From an uncultured Clostridia bacterium (lineage in GTDB: Bacteria; Bacillota; Clostridia; Christensenellales; UBA1242), in assembly GCA_944349535.1 (NCBI GenBank), contig CALVNA010000003.1, positions 1-53,074 on the forward strand: a DNA stretch of 53,074 nucleotides. Reading direction: 5' to 3'. The translations under genes and the position numbers were made by a program. Within the stretch, counting starts at the first letter, position 1; each line of letters starts with the position of its first letter. Of the stretch, positions 19,335 through 27,643 are shown in pieces. The notes beneath the pieces are model-generated. The model was not told the origin of the DNA, did not search any database, and saw only the letters and a program-made list of their open reading frames with translations.

Positions 19335-19791
19335 CTTTTTTTGCAAAAAACTGATTGAAAAGGTCTTTTCTGTCGCCTTGATTGCTACAGATAATTTTGA
19401 AATTGATTGCGAAGTTGATGTGTCTTTTGTGAGCGAAGAGCAAATCAAAAATTTAAACAAAACTTACAGGTCAGTTGATAAGATCACTGACGTTTTGTCT
19501 TTTCCTCAACTGCAAATCAAATATCCACAAAAGCTTGGCGAATTTGTTTCAGAGATTTCTCCTGATGGCTTGCTTAGACTGGGCGACATTGTCATCTGCA
19601 AGCAAAGAGCAAAAGCGCAAGCCAAACAGTTTGGGCATAGCTATAAAAGAGAGCTGGCTTTTTTGGCTTTGCATGGTCTTTTGCATCTTCTTGGCTATGA
19701 TCATATTGAAAAGGAAGATGAAAAAATCATGAATGATATGTGTGAAAAAATTCTTTCAAGTTTGAATATAAAACGAGGCGAAAATGTATAG
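19309..19791 (+). CDS. ybeY: rRNA maturation endoribonuclease YbeY
   Basis: LN..YR..DK.TDVLSF, LGDIVI and HGLLHLLGYDH motifs. Confidence 0.97.
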   Translation: MVISFHKANFFCKKLIEKVFSVALIATDNFEIDCEVDVSFVSEEQIKNLNKTYRSVDKITDVLSFPQLQIKYPQKLGEFVSEISPDGLLRLGDIVICKQRAKAQAKQFGHSYKRELAFLALHGLLHLLGYDHIEKEDEKIMNDMCEKILSSLNIKRGENV

Positions 19792-20620
19792 TTTTGGATA
19801 CGTTGCCGTTATTGGCCGTGCAAATGCAGGAAAAAGCAGCTTGGTCAACGCTTTGGTGGGGCAGAAAGTTGCCATTGTGACCAACAGACCACAGACAACT
19901 CGCGACAATATTTTGGGGATTTTAAATGGAGAAACTTATCAAGTTGTGCTGGTTGACACTCCTGGTGTGCATCGAAGCAAAAACAAACTTGACAAATCGA
20001 TGATGAAAAATGTGCGAAGTGCAATTTCTGGGGTGGATCTTATTTTGTATCTTGCGGATGGAAGCAAAATCTTTGATGAAGAAGAGCAGCGATATTATCA
20101 AAACTTGCCATCGCCAAAAGTGCTTGTGAAAACAAAAGTTGACAAGAAAAACATTTCGTCTTTTGAAAGCGACTTTGAAGTTTCATCACTCTCCGGGCAG
20201 GGGCTTGAACAGCTTAAAAATTTTATCATCGACAAGATGCCTAAAAGCCAAGTCAAAAATTTTATGTTTGATCAAGATTATTATACCGACAAAAGTGTCA
20301 GATTTATTATTGCAGAAGAAATCAGACAAAACGCCTTAAATATTTTATCCGATGAAATTCCGCATGGCATTGCAGTTGTGATTGAAAGATTTGAAGAAAA
20401 ACCTGATATTGTTGTGATAGATGCAACGCTGATTGTTGAAAAAGAAAGGCATAAAGGCATCGTGATCGGCAAAATGGGCAAGACTCTTAAACAGATTGGA
20501 CAAAACGCTAGAAGCTTTGCTCAAGAGCTTTTGGGCAAAAAAGTTTTACTGAAAATTTTTGTCAAGGTTGACGAAGATTGGCGCAACAAAGAAAACAGTT
20601 TAAAACAATTTGGTTATTAA
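19784..20620 (+). CDS. era: GTPase Era
   Basis: GRANAGKS, PQTTR, DTPG, EIPH and KH-domain GIVIGK.G..LK.IG motifs. Confidence 0.97.
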   Translation: MYSFGYVAVIGRANAGKSSLVNALVGQKVAIVTNRPQTTRDNILGILNGETYQVVLVDTPGVHRSKNKLDKSMMKNVRSAISGVDLILYLADGSKIFDEEEQRYYQNLPSPKVLVKTKVDKKNISSFESDFEVSSLSGQGLEQLKNFIIDKMPKSQVKNFMFDQDYYTDKSVRFIIAEEIRQNALNILSDEIPHGIAVVIERFEEKPDIVVIDATLIVEKERHKGIVIGKMGKTLKQIGQNARSFAQELLGKKVLLKIFVKVDEDWRNKENSLKQFGY

Positions 20621-20643
20621 AATCGCATATTTGCGATTTTTTT
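20618..20643. terminator. Bidirectional terminator era/murB
   Basis: aaaatcgca-tatt-tgcgatttt. Confidence 0.75.
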
Positions 20644-21508
20644 ATTTTATAATTTCAACATCATATTCAAGTTCAATTCCAAAATTTTCTTTCACTTTTC
20701 TTTTTGCAAGGTCTATAAGAAAATCAAAATCTTCAAATGTTGCATTGTTTTGGTTGAGAATGAAATTTGCGTGTTGTTCTGAAATTTTCGCTCCGCCATG
20801 GCACTGTCCTTTAAGACCGCACTTGTCAATCAACAGCCCGGCGCTTTGAGTTGTTGTATTTTTGAAAGTGCATCCAAAACTTCTGCCAAAAGGCTGTGTT
20901 TGTTTTCTTTTCGAACAAACTTCAAGGTATGTTTTTTGAATTTTGCAAGGATCAGTTGTTTTAAGCTTGAAGTTTGCAGATATGATTATTTCTGGATGAT
21001 AAAACCGGTTTTTCAAAAAAAATGAATTATGATAACCTTTTTCAATTTTGTTTTTGCTTATAGTTTTGATTTTGTTATCTTGAAAAACAGTCAAATTTTC
21101 CAGGTTATCGAAAATGCTTTCGCCATAACAGCTGGCTCCACTTGCGATTGCTCCACCAATATTCCCTGGAATTGAAGCAAGTTTTTCAAAACCACTTAAG
21201 CCGTTTTTCAGACAAAATTGATAGGCGTCAAACAAGGTTGTTGATGAAGAAAATTTGACTAAATTATCTCTTTTCGACATTTTTTTTGCAATTTTTCTGG
21301 TTGAAATCACGAAAAAAGGATGGAAATCATCACTAAAAAGCAAATTCGTTCCATTTCCAATCACTTTGAAGGGAAGGTTTTTATCATAAAGCTTTTTCAG
21401 GAGCTTGATAAATTCTTCATTTGTTTTTGGCATAAAAATTCCAAGGCAACTGCCGCCTATTTTTACACTTGTTATTGCTGCAAGTGAAGTTTCAACATTT
21501 CTATTCAT
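20642..21508 (-). CDS. murB: UDP-N-acetylenolpyruvoylglucosamine reductase
   Basis: KIGG, IGNGTNLL, GLSGFE.LASIPGNIGG, SFGCTFKN, AG.LID.CGLKG and SEQHANF motifs; ATG at 21508 with no SD. Confidence 0.92.
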   Translation of the reverse strand: MNRNVETSLAAITSVKIGGSCLGIFMPKTNEEFIKLLKKLYDKNLPFKVIGNGTNLLFSDDFHPFFVISTRKIAKKMSKRDNLVKFSSSTTLFDAYQFCLKNGLSGFEKLASIPGNIGGAIASGASCYGESIFDNLENLTVFQDNKIKTISKNKIEKGYHNSFFLKNRFYHPEIIISANFKLKTTDPCKIQKTYLEVCSKRKQTQPFGRSFGCTFKNTTTQSAGLLIDKCGLKGQCHGGAKISEQHANFILNQNNATFEDFDFLIDLAKRKVKENFGIELEYDVEIIK

Positions 21509-21513
21509 AGTCA

Positions 21514-21541
21514 AATATATGAAAGATCTTCTTTCAGTGTT
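21514..21541 (-). promoter_or_regulatory. sigma-K-like leaderless promoter of murB
   Basis: Minus strand AACA-N16-CATATATT, ending 5 nt before the ATG. Confidence 0.55.
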
Positions 21542-21545
21542 AAAG

Positions 21546-21574
21546 CACCTTTTTTCGTTATTGGCACATATAGT
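21546..21574 (+). promoter_or_regulatory. sigma-K/E-like leaderless promoter of murC
   Basis: CACC-N17-CATATAGT, ending 6 nt before the ATG; no SD. Confidence 0.55.
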
Positions 21575-21580
21575 GTTTAT

Positions 21581-22933
21581 ATGGATTTTATTGATATTGC
21601 AAAAGAATTACATATTTTGGGTATTGGTGGGATCAGTCTTTCCGCTTTGGCTGTGATATTAAAAGAAGAAGGCAAAGTTGTAACAGGCTATGACAGAGAG
21701 GTCTCGCCAATCACGCAAGCCCTTCAAGAAAAGGGCATTTTGGTTGTCAATCAATTTGATGAAAAATTGATAGATCAGGCAGACATTGTGGTTTATACAA
21801 GTGCTCTGCCAAAAGATGAGCCGCATCTTGCATATGCAATAAAAAAAGGCAAAATAATATTATCAAGATCTGAGCTGCTTGGTCAGCTTGCAAAAAAATA
21901 CTTCACCATTTCAATAGCTGGCAGCCATGGAAAAACAACTGCAACTTCTATGATCGGTTATATGTTTTTTCTTGCAGGCAAAGATCCCACCATTCATGTT
22001 GGTGGCATAATGAAAAACTTTGGCAGCAATGTTTGCGTTGGTAAGGGGAAGTATTTTATCACAGAAGCTTGTGAATATAAAGACAGTTTTTTAAGCCTCG
22101 CAAGTGATATAGGGGTTGTGTTGAATGAAGATCCTGACCACTTAGATTATTTTAAAACTAAGGAAAATTATTATAAATCTTTTGAAAAATTTGCAAAAAA
22201 CACAAAAAAAGGTGGAATTTTGATTGTAAATTATGATGATCCTTTTTCGCGTGGCTTAAAAAGCGGCAACACATTGTCATATGCGATCAAAAGCAAAGCC
22301 GATGTGCAGGCTAAAAATATTTGCAGAAAAAATGGTCTTTTAAGTTTTGATCTTTTTTACTTAGATTTAAATTTTGGAAATTTTAAGTTGAAAATGATTG
22401 GTCTGCATAATATCTACAATGCTCTTGCAACTATTGCTGTTGGCATTGCCTGCTCAATACCACTTGAAACAATTAAGACTGCTCTTTTGCAGTTTGAAGG
22501 TGTCGATCGGCGGCTAGAATATATAGGACTGGTCAAAGGAGCAGTGGTTTTGCATGATTATGCACATCATCCAGATGAAATCATAGCAACGATTAAAGCG
22601 GTAAAGAGCAACACTAATGACAGATTGATTTGTGTTTTTCAGCCACATACTTTCTCGCGAACTCGTGATTTGTATTATGAGTTTTGCCGCTGCTTTGCTT
22701 GTTGTGATGAAGTTTGGCTTTTGCCAATCTATTCTGCCAGAGAAAAACCTATACCAAAAATAACATCAAAGTTTTTGGCAAAAGGAGTTTCAAAATATAA
22801 TAAAATTGTAAGATATTTCTCAAATTTTGAAAAATGCTATGCTTTTATAAATAAAACAGCCAAAACAAACACAACTTTTTTAATTATGGGTGCAGGAGAT
22901 ATTTTTAATCTTGCTTATCGATTCAAAAAATGA
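21581..22933 (+). CDS. murC: UDP-N-acetylmuramate--L-alanine ligase
   Basis: GIGGISLS, AGSHGKTTAT, EACEY, DHLD, HNIYNA, DYAHHP, FQPHTFSRT and MGAGD motifs. Confidence 0.96.
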   Translation: MDFIDIAKELHILGIGGISLSALAVILKEEGKVVTGYDREVSPITQALQEKGILVVNQFDEKLIDQADIVVYTSALPKDEPHLAYAIKKGKIILSRSELLGQLAKKYFTISIAGSHGKTTATSMIGYMFFLAGKDPTIHVGGIMKNFGSNVCVGKGKYFITEACEYKDSFLSLASDIGVVLNEDPDHLDYFKTKENYYKSFEKFAKNTKKGGILIVNYDDPFSRGLKSGNTLSYAIKSKADVQAKNICRKNGLLSFDLFYLDLNFGNFKLKMIGLHNIYNALATIAVGIACSIPLETIKTALLQFEGVDRRLEYIGLVKGAVVLHDYAHHPDEIIATIKAVKSNTNDRLICVFQPHTFSRTRDLYYEFCRCFACCDEVWLLPIYSAREKPIPKITSKFLAKGVSKYNKIVRYFSNFEKCYAFINKTAKTNTTFLIMGAGDIFNLAYRFKK

Positions 22934-22948
22934 TAAGCGCATGGCTTA

Positions 22949-24700
22949 TCATTTTTGGTTGTCGGCATTGATTTGATCAATGACTTGTTTAACTTTTTTG
23001 AGCAATGCAAAATATTCTTCTGAGAAATATCTTTCTTTGTCTTTTGATTGATAAATTGCATTTACCATTTCTTCTGCAGTGTAGGAGCAATCAATAAGCG
23101 GTTTTATATTCTTTTTGTCCAAATATTCACGCATTTCAGATTTAGGTTCAGATCTTTTTGATTTATTTTCAAATTCCGCTTTAATTGCATCGATATTCAG
23201 CAAATTCAGCCAGCTAGATTTGCATGACTGTGAAGAAATGGATAAATAACTAAGGCACGTCCTTTCAATCATAGCTGCAAGTTTTTCAAAAGCAATTGGT
23301 TGATCTGTTCTGTTCATCATGTTTAAGTATGCCGAAATAATAGTTTTGTGTTCAATTGGATGACAAATTCCATCATGATTCATAATAAAATTGTTTGTTT
23401 CCGAAATTTGTTTGTCGATTCTCGTTTTCAGTTTGACGTTTGGAAGGGCTCTTTTTTGTCTAGCTATTTCTTTCATTTCATCGTCGAAGCAGAAACAAGT
23501 TTGGTCAATGCGCGATTTTGGTATGCTGATAAAAAAGATTGAATCACGATCGTATAAAGCATCACTAAATCTGAGTAAAATTCCAGCAAAATCAGCAATG
23601 TCTGCAACGCCAGCAGCTTTTGAGTTTGCGGTCAGATCGATGGCATAAGTTCCTTTGACTTTGTAATATTTGTCAACAATATTCACCAAGTTGAAACAGT
23701 GTCCGTAAAAGGCTTCTTCTGTCGGGACAAATTCTGCTGAAAGTTTTTTGCTGTGCAGAACATCGACAGCAATTTTAAACATGGAAGCAAAACCAGCGCA
23801 AGTAATTAGCTTTTTATCAGAAAACGCTCCAATTATGCTATGCTCACCATCGCAAAAGCCCTCTTGCCCATTGTACCGAAAATGATCAGCAATTTTCATA
23901 TAAATATACATAACAGCTTCAAGTGGAGAAAGCTTTTTGTTTGCAATCACAATTCGCGTCTCTTCCACAAATTGATTTGCTTTTTTCACATCTTCAAGGT
24001 CCCAAAGCTGCTTATATGCTTCTAAGCTTGTTGGAAAGTATAACAGCTCACAGAATCTAAGTTCACAATCAGCTTGGTTGTCTTTGTTGTAATATTCAAG
24101 TTTTTCTTGAAGTTTTGACAAACATTGAAGCTGCTCTTGAGTGTAGTAATATTCTATTTTTGAATCTATTGATTTGTCAGAAGATGCAACCATAATTTTT
24201 ATTTCAGGGCAATTATGGCTGTAAATATTATCACAAAGTTTGATGATCTTATTGACATATTTTTCAGAAATGTTGTTTGCGTCAATGGCAATATTGATTT
24301 GTTTTCCTGTTTCAATTTTTTTCTTCAGTTCAAGCAAATTTTGTCTTTCAAGTAATAATTTTTCGATTTTTTTGTCAATTTTGTTGCATTTTGATTCATT
24401 ATTCGTTGCTTTGTATCGCTCAAATCGCTCTTGACATTTTTTTATTGTCAGAGAATTTTCTGCAATTTGACTGTAAAGGGGATGCATATAATCTTGACTT
24501 GCCCAACTTTCAAAAAAATCTTTTTCTGTCATATTGTCAAAAAACAAAATCCAGTTTTCATCACACAAAAGAATGGGATGCAGTGCTATTGTTTGCCAAT
24601 CAGATAAAAACTTTCTTTTGTCTTCGGTCGAAAGTTCTTTAAAACCTTTGTAGTGTCTGTAACCATAATTAAAATCATATTTGCTAAATCTTTTTTTCAT
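22949..24700 (-). CDS. Hypothetical protein with transglutaminase-like (Cys-His-Asp) domain
   Basis: ITCAGFASMF...GHCFNLV...YAIDLT; own TTGACT-N16-TATAAT promoter (24718-24745, minus strand). Confidence 0.7.
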   Translation of the reverse strand: MKKRFSKYDFNYGYRHYKGFKELSTEDKRKFLSDWQTIALHPILLCDENWILFFDNMTEKDFFESWASQDYMHPLYSQIAENSLTIKKCQERFERYKATNNESKCNKIDKKIEKLLLERQNLLELKKKIETGKQINIAIDANNISEKYVNKIIKLCDNIYSHNCPEIKIMVASSDKSIDSKIEYYYTQEQLQCLSKLQEKLEYYNKDNQADCELRFCELLYFPTSLEAYKQLWDLEDVKKANQFVEETRIVIANKKLSPLEAVMYIYMKIADHFRYNGQEGFCDGEHSIIGAFSDKKLITCAGFASMFKIAVDVLHSKKLSAEFVPTEEAFYGHCFNLVNIVDKYYKVKGTYAIDLTANSKAAGVADIADFAGILLRFSDALYDRDSIFFISIPKSRIDQTCFCFDDEMKEIARQKRALPNVKLKTRIDKQISETNNFIMNHDGICHPIEHKTIISAYLNMMNRTDQPIAFEKLAAMIERTCLSYLSISSQSCKSSWLNLLNIDAIKAEFENKSKRSEPKSEMREYLDKKNIKPLIDCSYTAEEMVNAIYQSKDKERYFSEEYFALLKKVKQVIDQINADNQK

Positions 24701-24831
24701 AAGTTAATCCTAAAAATATTATAACTGCTTTCTTAAAATAGTCAATAGGCTTTTTTAAAATTTCCCGAGATTTTTTAGTTCCTTATATATAACTTAAATA
24801 ACATATATATCTAAGAAAATATTTATTAGTA

Positions 24832-24860
24832 TTGACTTTTTCTTGTCTTTATGCTAAAAT
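24832..24860 (+). promoter_or_regulatory. sigma-A promoter of ABC/adhesin operon
   Basis: TTGACT-N17-TAAAAT with extended TG. Confidence 0.75.
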
Positions 24861-24883
24861 CTTTTCGGTTTTAAGGGGAATTT

Positions 24884-26008
24884 ATGTTAGAAATTGTAGG
24901 GCTCACAAAAAGATATAAAAATTCAAATTTCTATTCTGTCAAAAATCTTAACCTGACACTTAACGAAGGCGAGATTTTTGGTTTTCTTGGAAAAAACGGT
25001 GCAGGAAAAAGCACGACCATCAAATGCTTGACGGGGATTCTGCCTTTTGATGAAGGAACAATCAAAGTTTGTGGTTATGACATTCAAAAAAATCCAATTG
25101 AGGCAAAACTTAACATTGGCTATGTGCCAGACAACCACGCAGTTTACGAAAATCTGACTGGCAGAGAATATGTCAACTATATGGGAAATATTTACAGAGT
25201 GCCAAAAGACATTATCAAAGAGCGAATTGAAAAATTTGCCAATTTATTCAGCATGAGCCATGCTATTGACAACCAAATTCGTTCTTATTCACATGGTATG
25301 AAACAAAAAATCTGCATTATTGCAGCACTTATACATAACCCTAAATTTTGGGTGCTCGATGAGCCTTTAATGGGTCTTGACCCACAAAGCACATTTGAAA
25401 TCAGAGAATATATGAAAGAGCACAAAAGACAGGGCAATTGCGTGTTCTTCTCATCACACAACATCGACATGGTTGAAAAACTTTGTGATAGAGTTGCGAT
25501 CATGAATCGCGGACAATTGATGGAGATTATCGATGTCAAAAAGTTTATGGCGGAAAGTTCCGTTCCGCTTGAAACTTACTTCTTGAATATGACCAAAGAC
25601 AGCAAGGCAAAAGTGATCAAATTTGAAGACAAGAAAGAGACTAAGAAAAAAATTAAAGCTGAAAAAATAAAAAACAAAAAAGAAATTCGAGCTCTTCAAA
25701 AACAAACAAAAGAGCAGAATGCTATGCAAATCAAAGCCATAAAAGAGAAAGAACGCCAAGCAAAACAAGAAAAGCTGGCTTTGCAAAAGGAATTGAAAGA
25801 AAAAAACGCACAGCAGCTTCAAGTGGTCAAAGAAAAACAGCGTTTGGCAAAAAAAGAAATTCAGACCATCAAAACAAAAGAAAAAGATTTGAAGAAAGAG
25901 CTTGACGCACAATACAAGCAGAATGTAAAAGCTCAGTTTGAACTTTTGAAAGGAAAAAGCTTTTCTGTCAGCGATGAGCAAAATCAAAGTGTAGAGAAGA
26001 AACAATAA
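24884..26008 (+). CDS. ABC transporter ATP-binding protein with Lys/Glu-rich C-terminal coiled coil
   Basis: GKNGAGKST, YSHGMKQK, VLDEP and SSH motifs; about 135 extra charged residues. Confidence 0.95.
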   Translation: MLEIVGLTKRYKNSNFYSVKNLNLTLNEGEIFGFLGKNGAGKSTTIKCLTGILPFDEGTIKVCGYDIQKNPIEAKLNIGYVPDNHAVYENLTGREYVNYMGNIYRVPKDIIKERIEKFANLFSMSHAIDNQIRSYSHGMKQKICIIAALIHNPKFWVLDEPLMGLDPQSTFEIREYMKEHKRQGNCVFFSSHNIDMVEKLCDRVAIMNRGQLMEIIDVKKFMAESSVPLETYFLNMTKDSKAKVIKFEDKKETKKKIKAEKIKNKKEIRALQKQTKEQNAMQIKAIKEKERQAKQEKLALQKELKEKNAQQLQVVKEKQRLAKKEIQTIKTKEKDLKKELDAQYKQNVKAQFELLKGKSFSVSDEQNQSVEKKQ

Positions 26009-26029
26009 ACGATTGAAAATGGAGATAAA

Positions 26030-27643
26030 ATGACTCAATTTTTGACTCTTTTAAAACTTGAATTTTTAAATCGTGCACCAAAAATAAGAGTGAAGGGGCA
26101 TATTTTTTCCAAAATTTTAAAATATCTGATCACCATTCTTGGCATTGTGGCAGTTGGTGGTGCTTTACTCTATGTTTTCAACAGTTTAATTTCAGTCTGT
26201 GTTGAAGCGGACCTCTCTCAAGAGTTTATTGTTTATTACAGCTGCCTTGTGCAGATCGTTCAGCTGTTTTTTGGTCTTAGTTTGACAACAAAGACGCTTT
26301 TTTATAATTCTGATTCAGACCTTTTAAAACTGCCGCTTAACGGAAAAACAATATTTCTTGCAAAGATCACATATCTTTTCATTTACGAATTTATTTTTAC
26401 AACTTTTTTGACTTTGCCTGTTTTTATTATCTATGGCATTCAAACCATGCAGGGTGCTTTGTTTTACATCATGCTTTTGCCAAACCTTATCTTCTTTCCA
26501 GTGATTCCGTTTTTGACAGGCGTGTTACTGTCTGTTCCTGCAATGTATGTGGTTGGTTACCTTAAAAACAAGTTTGTGGTTATGCTCTTTCTTTACATTA
26601 TTTGTGTTGCTGCAGGCTTTACCGTTTATACTTATGGTTTGAGATTTTTTATGGATGTTTTAAGTTCTTCTGATATTTCCTCAATTCTTCAAAGTCAGGT
26701 AGTGATAGACATAAAGTTTATTGCAAACTTTCTTTACACACCATTGCTGTTCAAAAACAGTTTGTTGTTCTACCGTTTTTGGCCAAGTGCTATTGTAAAT
26801 TTAACTATAGTTCTTATTCTCGCCTTTTTTGTTTATCTTTTTGCACAAAAGTCATATCTTAATATTTTGCTCAAAAATATTGAGAGTGGAGGCAGCATTT
26901 ATCACAACAAAACACAGATCAAAGAAAGATCGGTTTCAAAAGCTCTTTTCTTCAGAGAGTTTCTTTCTATCTTCCGTTCAGTGAACTACTCTTTTCAATA
27001 TCTGACTATAGTCATCACAACGCCACTTATGGTTTTCTTCTCAAGTCAAATTGCTTCAAATATAGGGGTTGAACAAGTTGGAGCAGGCATTTTGCCTGGC
27101 ATTGCTGTGCTTGTTCTTTTAATGTTTTTAAGCATGGGAACATCTTTTGCCGCAACTTCAATCACGCGAGAAGGCGGAAATTTTTTCCATACAAAGATAA
27201 TCCCTGTTTCATTTACAAAACAAATTGTGGTAAAATTTTTGATGTATGTGTTCGTTTCAATTCCATCAATAATCATAAGCTGTTTAGTGCTTGCTTTTGC
27301 TGGTTTCCTTTCTTATACAGATGTTATGCTGATTGCTCTTGCTGTTTGCATGATTGTGATTGGCTCAATTGCAAATTCCATCAATCTTGATATAAAGCGT
27401 CCGCAGTTTATGTTTCTTGATGGCAAAGAAATTACAAATTCAAACGGAAACATCAATGCAAGCATCACCATCGGTTTTGTGATTGCAGTTTTAATGGGCA
27501 TTGGGGCAATCGCAGTTTCAATGTTTGTGTCTGTTCCTGCCATTTACATTGTTCTGTTTGGTTTTGGTGTGCCGTTTATGGCAATTGAATTGTTTGCACT
27601 TTTCTTCAAACTTGAAAAGAGATATAGGAGCATTGAAGCATGA
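26030..27643 (+). CDS. ABC-2-like exporter permease (multi-TM, internally duplicated)
   Basis: Roughly 12-14 TM helices; DLLKLP...IFLAK in the first half and SITREG...IPVS...IVVK in the second half. Confidence 0.9.
   Translation: MTQFLTLLKLEFLNRAPKIRVKGHIFSKILKYLITILGIVAVGGALLYVFNSLISVCVEADLSQEFIVYYSCLVQIVQLFFGLSLTTKTLFYNSDSDLLKLPLNGKTIFLAKITYLFIYEFIFTTFLTLPVFIIYGIQTMQGALFYIMLLPNLIFFPVIPFLTGVLLSVPAMYVVGYLKNKFVVMLFLYIICVAAGFTVYTYGLRFFMDVLSSSDISSILQSQVVIDIKFIANFLYTPLLFKNSLLFYRFWPSAIVNLTIVLILAFFVYLFAQKSYLNILLKNIESGGSIYHNKTQIKERSVSKALFFREFLSIFRSVNYSFQYLTIVITTPLMVFFSSQIASNIGVEQVGAGILPGIAVLVLLMFLSMGTSFAATSITREGGNFFHTKIIPVSFTKQIVVKFLMYVFVSIPSIIISCLVLAFAGFLSYTDVMLIALAVCMIVIGSIANSINLDIKRPQFMFLDGKEITNSNGNINASITIGFVIAVLMGIGAIAVSMFVSVPAIYIVLFGFGVPFMAIELFALFFKLEKRYRSIEA

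Noticed and set aside
5086-22933. Codon reassignment (AGG, CGG or TGA) as known in some uncultured Bacillota
   Set aside because: AGG encodes the conserved Arg in RluD (KRLD), CGG CGG encodes the conserved RR in MurC (GVDRRLE), and TGA ends genes at expected positions (rluD, murC).
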